DNA of 64,000 nt, from NCBI GenBank assembly GCA_028534125.1, contig CM052822.1, forward strand, positions 58,962,001 to 59,026,000, read 5' to 3'. Positions 12,601-23,705 of this stretch are shown here, piece after piece (position 1 is the first letter of the stretch; each line of letters starts with the position of its first letter). The DNA is from Lama glama. Its lineage: Eukaryota. Below the pieces are notes generated by a model. The model made no database searches and was not told where the DNA came from. It saw only the letters and a list, made by a program, of their open reading frames with translations. A program made the position numbers and the translations under genes.

Positions 12601-15154
12601 CTTACTCTTTGTTCATACTTCTCTGTGGCCTCAAAACCTTTTCCCCTCGCACACATGCATACAACACACCCAGTAGTTGCAACCACTTTCCTCACAAGGG
12701 AAACAAAATGAAATGCAAACGTGCTTTGAGATGTCTGTCTTGTTGTATCCTTCTAAGTCCTCTCTCCCCATTCCTAATTAAAAAGTTGTCTTCCCTTTCC
12801 CTGGTTCCCATAGTAGTCTCTTCCTTGGCCCTCCCTCCTATCTCACTCCAGACTCTTCCAATTCATCCCCTTAAGAGATGAATTGGAAGAATATGCTGTC
12901 ATGTCAGAAGAAGCCATTGTCAGTTCACACAGGCAGACACTAATAGGATAAAGCATTATCCGACTTCCTTTAAGTCCAGAAATTAAGTCTTCTTGCAATG
13001 GCAATAGATTATAATTTGTATCCACTGCAGCTGGAAGGCTGCAGGGACAGGCTGTTAGTATCTGAGGCCTCAGCTCCATTTCTGGGGCTGTGATGGGCCT
13101 ATTGTGAGGGATGCCCTGAGCGTTCCTACAAACACGGCTGCACTACCCAGGGAGCTGTCTTCATAGACATCTGCCTATAGCTCATTCAGTTCACCTGCGG
13201 GGTGGAATCTGAGCGGGAGAACCTGTCTGAATGGTCTCGATGAACCTGGGTGAGTGGGTAGGGCCTGGAAGACGTAGCCCAAGGCCAGAAAACCAAACTT
13301 TGCACAGGGAACAGTTTAGTGGGCGAAGAGCTCTTCTCAGTCATCCTTGCTGACTCACTGAGCAGGTAGAATGGCTTATCTGGTGGCTAAATCAGCACCT
13401 GCAGACAGGGAAACTAGGGTTGAGACCTTATTAAAGACACATAAGAGACTACAGATTTAAGGACTTGCCTAGGAAGAGGAAACAGGACCATCAGCAGGAA
13501 GAAAGAGCCATCCATCTTCTAGAGTGGAAGGATGTTGCGGGATATCCTAGGTCCTATCACAACAGACAGGCTTTCTTAAAGGGGGTTGTGGGTGGGAAAC
13601 CTGATATGAGAATTAACTGAGGGAGGTGTGTTTTTATTAATGGAAGATGTAAGAAGGTGGATATTCAAGACACAAGTGAATTCAAGGGTTGTTCCTTTGC
13701 TATTTAGTAATTAATCTAAACTTGAGTAATTGCTCTAGTATTGTTCCTAGGTGCACAGAATGAGCCTGAAAGGCTAAGTACTGCTTTGGTCCATCTAATC
13801 CCCACACCTGGCATTAGCGTGGCCGCTCATCTCAATGCTTCCCTGCTGAAGGTTTAGAACCTCTAACGGTGCACCCTAGAGAAGACAACGCCATACTCTC
13901 AAATGCTAACTTCCTTTGCCGAGACAGCTTCTCCCAGGGCAATCCCCCACAGGCCTGGCCTGATCTCTGTGACTCACTGCCGGGGTCCATGTACCCCGAA
14001 CTCATGGTCATGATTATGTTCATAGGAAAACACAATTTATATAACACCCTCCCTCTGGAGTAACTCTGTGGATAAAAAGCGAGCTGCACCCTCTCCTTCT
14101 CCCTCCCCCTCCCCCCATGACTGTGCCTTCACAGAAATGAGGGAGCCCCTGGCCCCTGAGTGAGCCCATCAGGATCAGAATTAGATTACAGCCCTGAGGG
14201 CTGGGTTGCTCCCCTCAAGCAGTGGACAGCCTCCAGCACAGGGAGCAGGACTGTTGTGGGTAGGTGGTTTGGCCCAAGTACTGACAGCAGAGCTGGCATG
14301 TTCGAGAGAATGAAACCTGTGATCATCCTAAAATCTAATTCTAGCCTCTCATTAGGAAGTCAAGTGCTTGCTTTCTTAGGCTTCTCTTGGAAAGTTGATC
14401 TCCCTGTTTTTCTTCTCCTCTGTTCTGTGCCACGAATTTTACACTAAGGGTCCTCCCCCATCTAGGGTCCAGCCAGCCCCCCTTCTTGCTCAGGCAGAGG
14501 AATCTCCCTGGCTTTCCTCCCTAACTGCATTGCAGACCCTTAGCTGTGTGTCTGCCATACAGCTAGCTCCATTCTGCTCTCACTTGCTCCGATTGTGGTG
14601 CTTTTTCTTCTGCCTTTCTTTCCTCGAAGCCCTCCAATACTGCTTTGAAGCCCCAGCAGCCTCTCTGTGCTCCCTTCTCCTTCCTGGTGCCTCCATCCTC
14701 CCACCCCCATCCCCCAACTTAGAAAAGCGCCCTGCCAGAGAAGCAGAGATAGGTGGAGAAGACTCTAGGAAGCTTACCCTCTTGGTAAAGGACCAAGAAT
14801 TCCTAGTAGCTGTTTCCTGTCCCAACCCTCAGCCTGTGCACCCCCACCAGCAGCACCTTTCATCTCTCCTGGCCCATCACAAGGAAGGGTTATCTTGTTC
14901 CTGGACTGAGACCGTGCCTTGGGTCTTCTCTAGAGCTCGATTAAAGAACAGAGCATAAGGCAGTGTTTTCCTGGGAAGAAAAAGTACAACCCATCTTTCC
15001 CATTGTGCTGAGGCTTGTAGATGGCGCTGCCCTGCTGTCGCTGACTGCTGGATAGTCACCCTTCCTCTCTGGAATAGCATATTCTCTCTTTGGACATGGA
15101 TGAAGTTCAGGAATAGAGGTGGTAATGGGGCTGGTCAGCTGGTCTGTCGCCTTA

Positions 15155-15341
15155 TATATATTGTCAAATTTAAATTCCTCCAACAACCTGTGAAGCACCG
15201 TGATAGTTACCAACATCATGCCCATTTTACAGATGAAGAAAGTGAGTATTTATCCAAAGTGGCACAGCTAGTAAGAGATGGAGCTGGGATTCAACCCGGG
15301 AAGATTGGCTCCAGAGTCTATACTTGAAAGCACTGTGCTAT
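15155..15341 (-). mobile_element. MIR SINE
   Basis: CCCATTTTACAGATGAAGAAAGTGAG...CCAAAGTGGCACAGCTAGTAAGAGATGGAGCTGGGATTCAACCCGGG...GGCTCCAGAGTC. Confidence 0.85.
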
Positions 15342-16603
15342 ATTGCTTTGCAAATATGTGTATTTCACCGATCTGGTTCCCAAAGCATTTATCCCTGCTC
15401 CAAGAAGCAATTTACTTCATTTCAATTTAAAGCAAAGATGAAAACAACCTTAATCCACTGCCCAAACCATTCTTCCCCGCTCTGGGGAAAAGGGTGCTTT
15501 CTGAATGGATGGAAACCAAGNNNNNNNNNNNNNNNNNNNNNNNNNNNNNNNNNNNNNNNNNNNNNNNNNNNNNNNNNNNNNNNNNNNNNNNNNNNNNNNN
15601 NNNNNNNNNNNNNNNNNNNNNNNNNNNNNNNNNNNNNNNNNNNNNNNNNNNNNNNNNNNNNNNNNNNNNNNNNNNNTGTTCTCTTTTTCTTCTTCTCTAA
15701 TTTTAAGCCCCTGCTGCTTTGTTGCAGTAAAACGTTGGAGGCTTAATTGTGGGCTCTGGCCCCCTAAGGTAGTAGCTTGGGCTGATGAAGGCCCACCACG
15801 CCTACCCTTCTACCCATCTCCACCGGAGGAAGCCAGAGCTCTCCGCTGTTAAAGGCCATGGACTCTAGACCTCTTCCCCACCAGCAAGAATTGTCTTGAA
15901 GGGAGTCTTTGCTACGTTGTCTCCACACCCAAGTACATGTTAACAGCCGTGATAAAGCTAACGTCTCTGGACCTTAAAAACTAACCTGTCGATTCTACAT
16001 TGATAATAGGATGCAGCTTTACACCAAGGAGTGATAAAAGGCCCTAGAACAGATTATGAGAGTGGCAACCAGATCATGACGCTTAAAGAGCTGGGGCTAG
16101 GGTAGCTTCAGTGGAGGAGAGGTGTTCAGGTGCACCACCCTCCCCAGCAGTCTCGTTGTTCAGTCAAATAAACAGAAACCACTCTGCTGTAGAGAAGTTG
16201 CTCTGAAAGGTCCTTTAAGACCTCTGTCAATTCTTTACTCGCAAAGCTTCCAAGGCCAAGCTACCTTTCCCATTGTGAATACCCTGCCTTGTCTACTTTA
16301 CCTTTTCCCTAGTAGCTGTCACCCTCTGTGGGATCCTGTGGATTCTGTCTGCCATTGAACCTAAGAATCAGGAAGCTGTTATGTGTAGTCCTGAGAATCC
16401 AGCTCTCCTTCGTGAGCACTTGGGGCCCCTGTGGTGAGAATTTCGCTCAGGTCTCTGAGAGCGGTTGAGCTGGTTCTGCAGGAGATTGGACAGCTCTGAG
16501 AGGAAGGAGACGAGAACACAGCAATATCTGTAGGAAGGTCCCACTTTCACTGCACACTGGCCAGGAAAGAAGGATGTTCTTGTTAGCCAATAAGAGCCTG
16601 ACT

Positions 16604-16770
16604 AAGAAAGCACGTTCGCTTTGGGAGTAGAGAGACCTGGGTTTCAGCCCCACCTCTTCTAGTAACTAGCCCTGTGACCTTGGATATAGGTTTCAGTTTC
16701 TCCAGGGCTCAGTTTCCTTGACCATAAAATGTGAAGGGATTAGACTAAATAATTTTTCACAGCCCTAAAA
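16604..16770 (+). mobile_element. MIR/MIR3 SINE
   Basis: GAGACCTGGGTTTCAGCCCC...AACTAGCCCTGTGACCTTGGA...GGCTCAGTTTCCTT..CATAAAATG..GGATTAGACTA. Confidence 0.8.
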
Positions 16771-18389
16771 AAAAAATTCTATAATGAAAATTCTCCATAT
16801 TATCAGCAGTAGTCTTCCTCTAACGTGTTGCTATAACTACCCCCCTGAAGAGCTACCAACCCATCCACAAACCCTACAGCTTGGCCAGGCCAAGGATGAG
16901 TCACCAGCACAGCATTAAAGGCTGCTCATGGGACTCCTCTCTGAAAAGCTATCCCAAGTGCCTGCTGCAAAGGAGGGTATACCCAACGTTCCAGCAAAGG
17001 AGGGCTGGCGTTCTAAGAGCTGAACCGGTGCCCAGGTCGGGGAGCAGGCCCAGTGGGAAAGGAACTACCCTTGCAGCATTAAGGACACTTACACCCAGGA
17101 ACCATATCCTCAGTCTCCCCCAACTCCTTTGAGGTTCCTCCTTCTCCCTCAGATTCCAAGACCTGGATATGCTCTACCCACCAGACAGATGCCTTTTTTC
17201 TTAGGACCCTTCCCCAGGGATGTTTTAGGCTCACTTCTTCACCTCTCCTCTCAGATCTTTGTTTGGCCCCAGGCCCTTTGTCATTCCAGAGCTATTGCAT
17301 GTTCCCTGACCGCCCAGAGAGCTGTCAAAAGGGAGAGCTATTAGAAAATGGGCTCCCCATCCTCTGTTTCCTTCACAGTTGCCTCTAAATGGTACCGAGG
17401 AAGCTGTTCTAAACAGCCTGAGTTGTGTCTTACGGCATTAAGAAAGGGGGTGATTTCTTGCGTTTTTCAGCTGGTCCTAGCCAAGTCCCACCCTCTCCTC
17501 TGCTGCAGTTTTCTCTCTTCATTGGGGGTAGGGTAGTAAAGGAAAGGCAGAGGGAACATATCTTTGGAGCCTAGAAACGTGGATGGCACTCCAGTGTGAG
17601 CCCATGTGTGAGTCCATGCATACATGCTGCCACAAACACTGATACCCAGGAATATAAAACACACACACACACAGGATTGAGAATTGGCTCTTTCTTAGCC
17701 AACTGCTGCAAAGTGCTGCCTGCCTCTCTCCTTGTTCAGTGCCAGGGAGATCACACCCACTCAGTCCTGATTCCCTGCATTAGTATAAATACTAGCGCTG
17801 AAGAGACACAGGGTCCCAGTTCACGCTGCCTGCCTGGACATCTTCCTCAGCTAAGCATCAGGAGACAGACACCCACCGCCACCAAGACACATTTGACTAT
17901 TTAGCACCCAGAGAATGGAAGCAACACTGCCTGTAGCATATTTCAGCCAAACAACATTATTGCAGACCTTTGAAATCCAGGTCCCCCGGGGCCCCCGGGT
18001 AGAGCTGGTGCTGCCTGACAGGCTACTTCTGCTGAGGTGGCATTTAACTTCTGGCCAGGTCCCAGGAGCTGAGGCTGACCCATTTCCCCTGCTCTTCCAG
18101 GGCACAGGGAATTTGCTTGTACCCCAACAAAGCCAGGGACTAACACACGTAGCTTGTGAAAGGTGCCCTGGAAGCGGGGTGCTTTTATTTAAGCTAAGGA
18201 AAGGTGGTTGACAGCTTTAGCGTCTTCCCATACTTCAAAGAAACTGAACATTGTCCTCCCCTCCCCTCCCCTCCCTTTTTATTTTTTAATAGAAATGATT
18301 TGGTCGATGCTCATAAGAATCTNNNNNNNNNNNNNNNNNNNNNNNNNNNNNNNNNNNNNNNNNNNNNNNNNNNNNNNNNNNNNNNNNNN

Positions 18390-19997
18390 NNNNNNNNNNN
18401 NNNNNNNNNNNNNNNNNNNNNNNNNNNNNNNNNNNNNNNNNNNNNNNNNNNNNNCCACCCCCTTTCAAACTGAACCCTTTATTTCCTTTTAAAGCTAAAA
18501 TAATAAATGAAAATTACATCATTAAATGGACCAGAATAACAGAGATCTCTGCCTTCCCCACCCATACCCACCCTTTCTCTTCCACCACTTCCTGAGGTAG
18601 GCCTGGGAGAGGGAAGCCTTCCCCCCACTGTGCTACATTCAACAGGACTCCATGCAGAACTCACTCTGTGTGCCTGTATATCACTTTTGTTTTAACTGTG
18701 GATTTCACGTCTTTTTTGTGAACCATCCTGGTGGGGAAAGGCTTCATCACTTTAAATGAGCCAGTGCCCTTTCCATCTCTCCTTTTTTTCCTCTACTCAT
18801 GTTCTGCCCCCACCCCATCACCACAGCCAGTTGACATCAACTGTAATAATCCCTAATGAATCAGCATTTAGAATAGTCACCAAATCCCAAGCATGAGAAA
18901 AGCTTCCACTCCCCCAAGCTTCCCACTCCCAGCCTCTCCTCCCTTCTCCACGTTAAAACAAGCCAACCATTTTTTAAAAAATCATCAAATGCCATCATTG
19001 TCTACAATTGTCAGATACGGGGAACAACAGGTGGACATGGCACAAAGCTAACTGATGGCCTCCTGTGAATACATTCTCTCTGCTTCTGCTCGCCCTTCCC
19101 ATCCCCCTCCATACCGCACCCCCTTCAGGGGCGGCCTCCTTCTCCTGGGAAGCCCTGAATAGACACATGCCTTGCACAGAGTGAGTTAAGCCCAACTGCA
19201 GGAATCTGGTGCAATGTGAAAGCATTTGACTGAGAGCTACGCAAGCTCCCTGCCTTCTCTGCTTCTTCCCGAAGTGCTCTGTCAGGCGGGGCACACCGTG
19301 TCCCAGCGCACAAACCAAGGAGACTCGTGCACAGGGACACACACACACATAAAGACTCAGTCCCTTTAAGGGTTCATTTGAATTTTAGTGTTTAAATTAC
19401 ATTTTATAGATCTATCTTTCCCTTGGCCTCTGAAGAAAGAAAGATTATTGCCTCTCAACATTTTAGCACAGTACAAATTCTTGGTGCTTTTTTTTTTTTT
19501 TGTACTTTTTTGTTTAAATAAGAGAAATCTGCAAAGACAGCTCTCAGCCTAAGAAAGATGTCTATAGAAATGGGTAGTCCTGTGTCCTATGAAGCATCTT
19601 CTAAAAAAAAAAAAAAGAGATTCAGTCTACCCTCGACCCTCGGCAGCCTACACCCTAACTCTTTAGGGATGTTGGTTGGTGTTCTAGTTTATCTTAGCAG
19701 TTTCAACCTTATACCAGAAATCCCTTCTGGCAGCATAGCAAGTTGACTTGTGGCTTCTACCCCACAACATTCCCAAGGTCCCCCCGCCCCCTTTAAATAG
19801 AACTTACAAGTTAGAAAATAGTTTTGTTTTGATTTTTCTTTTTAAATTTTAATATAATCTGTTTCTTTTACCAGCCCATAGATTTAATATATAAGCATAT
19901 ACAAGAAAAAGTCTCTCCCCACTCTGTACAAAAGTTGCTGTCTTTTTGTGTGTGTGCATTCTATTGCATTTTATAAGGTTTTTGNNNNNNNNNNNNN
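18390..19997 (-). other. LRRC4: LRRC4 3'UTR (distal end approximate, probably inside N block 18323-18454)
   Basis: Directly downstream of the projected stop; AU-rich in mRNA sense (AAAACCTTATAAAATGCAATAGAATGCACAC...TTTTGTACAGAG); no TEs; minus-strand AATAAA at 18478-18483. The ~1.6 kb length is inferred from the human gene. Confidence 0.7.
18478..18483 (-). terminator. Candidate poly(A) signal AATAAA for LRRC4
   Basis: TTTATT on + at 18478-18483, about 1.5 kb downstream of the stop. The signal actually used may lie in the adjacent masked block. Confidence 0.4.
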
Positions 19998-21959
19998 NNN
20001 NNNNNNNNNNNNNNNNNNNNNNNNNNNNNNNNNNNNNNNNNNNNNNNNNNNNNNNNNNNNNNNNNNNNNNNNNNNNNNNNNNNNNNNNNNNNNNNNNNNN
20101 NNNNNNNNNNNNNNNNNNNNNNNNNNNNNNNNNNNNNNNNNNNNNNNNNNNNNNNNNNNNNNNNNNNNNNNNNNNNNNNNNNNNNNNNNNNNNNNNNNNN
20201 NNNNNNNNNNNNCTGCTGCAGATGCCGCCGCCGGGATGTCTTCATCCACCTGGATGATCTCAACTGTCCGGGCGGCCGTGACTGTACTCCTCTGCTNNNN
20301 NNNNNNNNNNNNNNNNNNNNNNNNNNNNNNNNNNNNNNNNNNNNNNNNNNNNNNNNNNNNNNNNNNNNNNNNNNNNNNNNNNNNNNNNNNNNNNNNNNNN
20401 NNNNNNNNNNNNNNNNNNNNNNNNNNNNTGTCTGTCGCGGTGACTGCCACCTGCTTGGGCACACGGGTGGTCTGAATGAGCACCGTGGTAGAGGTGGTAT
20501 ATGCCGGCTGGTAACCAGTGGACGTAGTAGGAACAGGCTTGTATTTGCGCGTTGTGTCCTCAGGCGAGATCTCAGTGGTCTCCACTGTGACCGTGGTGAA
20601 GAAGCTGTAGTTGGAGGTGTTGAGCTCGGCCGTGCTCACGTTGAGGTAGGCCGAGGCGTTGGAGTTGCCTGCCACATTGGTCACCATGCATGTGTATACC
20701 CCAGTGTCTGAGAGCAGCACGTGGGAAAAGTTCAAGGTGCCATCGTTGAGGACAGAGATCCTGGGGTGGCGGGAGGCATGGCTGAGCACTGTCCCATTGG
20801 GCAGCAACCACTTCACGGACGACATGGGGGGAGTCCGACACTTAAGTTCCGCCATCCGACCCTCAGAGATATTGAGGTCCCGAGGTGCATCCATGATGAA
20901 AGGGGCAGAGCACTGGAAGGAGACCTGGTCCACCTCCACCAGGTAGCGGCCTCGCATGTGCAAGGGAGCATGACATCGGCCGCAGCAGGTGGAATTCGTG
21001 GGTATGTATTCCCGAAGCCACCAGGCTAGCCACAGAATGTCACAATCACAGTTCCAAGGATTGTGGTGTAAGTGCAGCTCCACCAGGTACCTCAGGGGGG
21101 TGAAGAGGTCATGGGGCAAAGAAGAGAGGTTATTGTGGGCCAGGTTGAGTTCCACCAGCGAGGCCAGCCCATCAAAAGCATTCCGCTCAATCAAGCTGAC
21201 CTGTGAGTTCATGACCCATAGCTTCTTGAGGGAGCTTAGGCCGTGGAAGGAGCCAGGTCTGATCTCAGGGAAGTGGTTCCCTGACATCTCCAGCTCCTCC
21301 AGCCCCACCAGCGGGGTGAGATTGGGCATATCTTTAATGTTGCACATGCCCAAGTTCAGGTACTTGAGGTTGAACAGTCCTTCAAAAGCCCCCTCAGAAA
21401 TGTACTCCAGCTTCTTGAGCTCCCCCAAGTCCAGGCGCATGAGGGAGGGCACCCGGTTGAAGGCATAAGAGGGGATGCTTTCTATGGGGTTGTTGCGAAG
21501 CCAGAGCTCCCGCAGCTTGGACAGGTATTCAAAGGCCCCGCTCGGGATGACTGTCAGCCAGTTGTCAAACAGCTCCAGGGTGTTGAGGCTGGCCAGGCCG
21601 TTGAAGGCCCCCACCTCGATCTGCCGAATGGAGTTCCTGCCCAGCTGCAGGACCTCCAGGTGGTGGAGGTGGCGGAAGGTGTCGGCCTGGATCATCTGGA
21701 TGTTGTTTTCCATGAGGTTGAGGTACCGGGTGTTGGAAGGGATGCCCTGAGGGACCTCGGAGAGGCCCCGGCGGGTGCACACCACCTTGCTGAACTGGTT
21801 ACTGCACGAGCAGACGGACGGGCAGTTCTGGGGCCCGGCGGAGGCGGCAGCAGCGATGGCTGCACACAGAATCCACACTTGCGCCGTGAGGTAGACGACG
21901 GGGAGCAGGNNNNNNNNNNNNNNNNNNNNNNNNNNNNNNNNNNNNNNNNNNNNNNNNNN
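19998..21959 (-). CDS. LRRC4: Leucine-rich repeat-containing protein 4 (NGL-2, netrin-G2 ligand), single coding exon
   Basis: The minus-strand frame reads [47 protein letters not shown] (signal peptide and LRRNT), ~9 LRRs, LRRCT ([16 protein letters not shown]...CCGRCHAP), an Ig domain ([20 protein letters not shown]...[11 protein letters not shown]), a Thr-rich stalk and cytoplasmic [23 protein letters not shown]. This matches NGL-2 as I know it. ATG (~21959, or 21956 if the His run is one shorter), TM segment (20297-20428) and C-terminus/stop (~19998-20000) are under N. Projecting the recalled 653-aa human protein from either unmasked edge gives the same end coordinates. Confidence 0.97.
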
Positions 21960-22237
21960 NNNNNNNNNNNNNNNNNNNNNNNNNNNNNNNNNNNNNNNNN
22001 NNNNNNNNNNNNNNNNNNNNNNNNNNNNNNNNNNNNNNNNNNNNNNNNNNNNNNNNNNNNNNNNNNNNNNNNNNNNNNNNNNNNNNNNNNNNNNNNNNNN
22101 NNNNNCCGGAAAAAATCCTGCCAAACTAATGAGTGGCCCCCTCGTCTACCAGCCCCCCTCAAAGCCAGCCCTCGGAAAGCTGAGACTTTCTCTCCCCCGT
22201 TACGACCATCCCCACCCAATCATTCGCTGTCACCTAC

Positions 22238-22340
22238 CTCGGAAGGAAGGAAGGGAAGAATTGGCGTGGTGTCCTTAAGCGTTCTCTGCCGGAGCCGTCC
22301 ACCTCATTCCCATTTTCACTTCTTAGTTTTAATTAACAAA
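22238..22340 (-). other. LRRC4: LRRC4 non-coding upstream exon (5' end approximate) with 5' splice donor GAG|GTAGGT at 22238/22237
   Basis: Minus strand reads ...GCTTAAGGACACCACGCCAATTCTTCCCTTCCTTCCTTCCGAG|GTAGGTGAC. This is a strong donor and resembles the LRRC4 5'UTR exon as I recall it. The acceptor of the short intron is probably inside N block 21910-22105. Confidence 0.65.
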
Positions 22341-22343
22341 AGA

Positions 22344-22396
22344 GGGAAGTGGAGGGGGTGGGGAGGGCAGAGGGGAGGGGAGGGGAGGGGTGGGGG
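22344..22396 (+). repeat. G-run tract (GGGGA)n; potential G-quadruplex
   Basis: At least eight runs of 3-5 G separated by short loops, just upstream of the non-coding exon. Confidence 0.7.
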
Positions 22397-22688
22397 AGAC
22401 AAAATGGCTTCTAATAAATCCGGAGCCGGCTAGCGGAGCCGCGGAGTTGAGGCGCCGGGAGAGCCAAGGCCCGGCGGGCTATGCAGGTGCATGCCCCCCC
22501 CTCAGCCCGAGGCGCGGCGCCACCAGCGCTTCCCGGCTTTGTCCTTGGACCCTGGCCCCGGCTCGCAGCAGCCAAGGGGGAAGCCGCTTCATCGCCGGAC
22601 TGTGCCTCCGGCGCCCCCCGCCCGCTCCGGGGCTGCCACCCGGCGGGGAGTGAGGGGGCGCCCCGCAGCCTCCCAGGCCGCGCTCGCT

Positions 22689-22706
22689 GCCGCCGCCGCC
22701 GCCGCC
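22689..22706 (+). repeat. (GCC)6 trinucleotide tract in the CpG island
   Basis: gccgccgccgccgccgcc read directly. Confidence 0.85.
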
Positions 22707-23602
22707 GCGCTGCCCCCTCTCCTTGTGTCGGCCGCTCCCGGCCCGAGGCAGCTGATGCAGTCGTTCGCTCGCGGTGCTGTGAGAGTTAAGAGGAGGTGCT
22801 CGCCGCTCCTTCGCCCTCCCCAGACACACACCCCCTTCTCTCCTCGCCTCTTCCCTTAAGGGTTAAAAAGACCAAAACTGGGCTTAGTTTCCCAGTCCGC
22901 CGGCTGCTGGCACGAGGAGCAGTAATCCGTCCAGCCCCCCGAAGGGCAGCGGCGTGGCGACAGTGCCGGGACCGAGTCCGCTGGCCGGAGAAGCGCGGGG
23001 CGGCCGGGTCGCCCCGCACCGCAGGCCCCTTCGGGGAGTCCAGGGGCGGGCGCGGGTCCGGCAGTGGCCACAGCCCCCGGCGGCAGGGAATCGCCCGTTG
23101 CAGCCGGGCCCTCGGCGCGCCGCCGGCTCTGGCTTTGCGCGGAGGGAGCGAGTTCGGGGCTCCGGCCCCCGGCGCCTTCAGCGGCTGCGCTGCCCGCGGA
23201 CTGCTGCAGCGGCCCCAGCGCTGGCGGCGGCGTGAGCAGCGGGGGTCGCGGCTGCGGGGAACGCTCCGGAGCCCGGGAACATGNNNNNNNNNNNNNNNNN
23301 NNNNNNNNNNNNNNNNNNNNNNNNNNNNNNNNNNNNNNNNNNNNNNNNNNNNNNNNNNNNNNNNNNNNNNNNNNNNNNNNNNNNNNNNNNNNNNNNNNNN
23401 NNNNNNNNNNNNNNNNNNNNNNNNNNNNNNNNNNNNNNNNNNNNNNNNNNNNNNNNNNNNNNNNNNNNNNNNNNNNNNNNNNNNNNNNNNNNNNNNNNNN
23501 NNNNTCCCCCTCCGCTGCCTGCCCTCGAGGGGTTAACGCCGGCGCCTTCCAGCGCCGCGCTGGCCCGCGCCGCGCAGCCCGGAGCTCCGCGCCTCCGTCC
23601 GA

Positions 23603-23705
23603 CTTCCTCCTTCCTTCCTTCCTTTCTCCTTCCTTCCTCCCTCCGTTCCTCCCTCTCTCCCCCACCCCCCACCCCCCTCCCCGGCGCTTCCTCCCCGCCC
23701 CCTCT
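23603..23705 (+). repeat. Polypyrimidine (CCTT)n / C-rich tract
   Basis: cttcctccttccttccttcctttctccttccttcctccctcc...cccacccccaccccctccc. Confidence 0.75.

Noticed and set aside
14395-14958. 187-aa ORF, the longest N-free ORF outside LRRC4
   Set aside because: Non-ATG start, Leu/Ser/Pro bias from pyrimidine-rich DNA, no homology recognised
15012-15030. CTCF-like motif TGTAGATGGCGCTG (also CCACTAGATGTCC at ~27329)
   Set aside because: Only partial matches; cannot be supported without a PWM score or ChIP data
19971-22124. 717-aa ORF as the true LRRC4 boundaries (N-terminus MAGFFP, C-terminus KTL)
   Set aside because: It starts at a TTG in the presumed 5'-UTR intron and reads through N blocks. 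The real ATG and stop are masked, and projection gives ~21959 and ~19998.
20659-22433. Several + strand ORFs (95-257 aa) antisense to LRRC4
   Set aside because: Shadow ORFs from GC3-rich codon usage on the opposite strand, some extended by N runs
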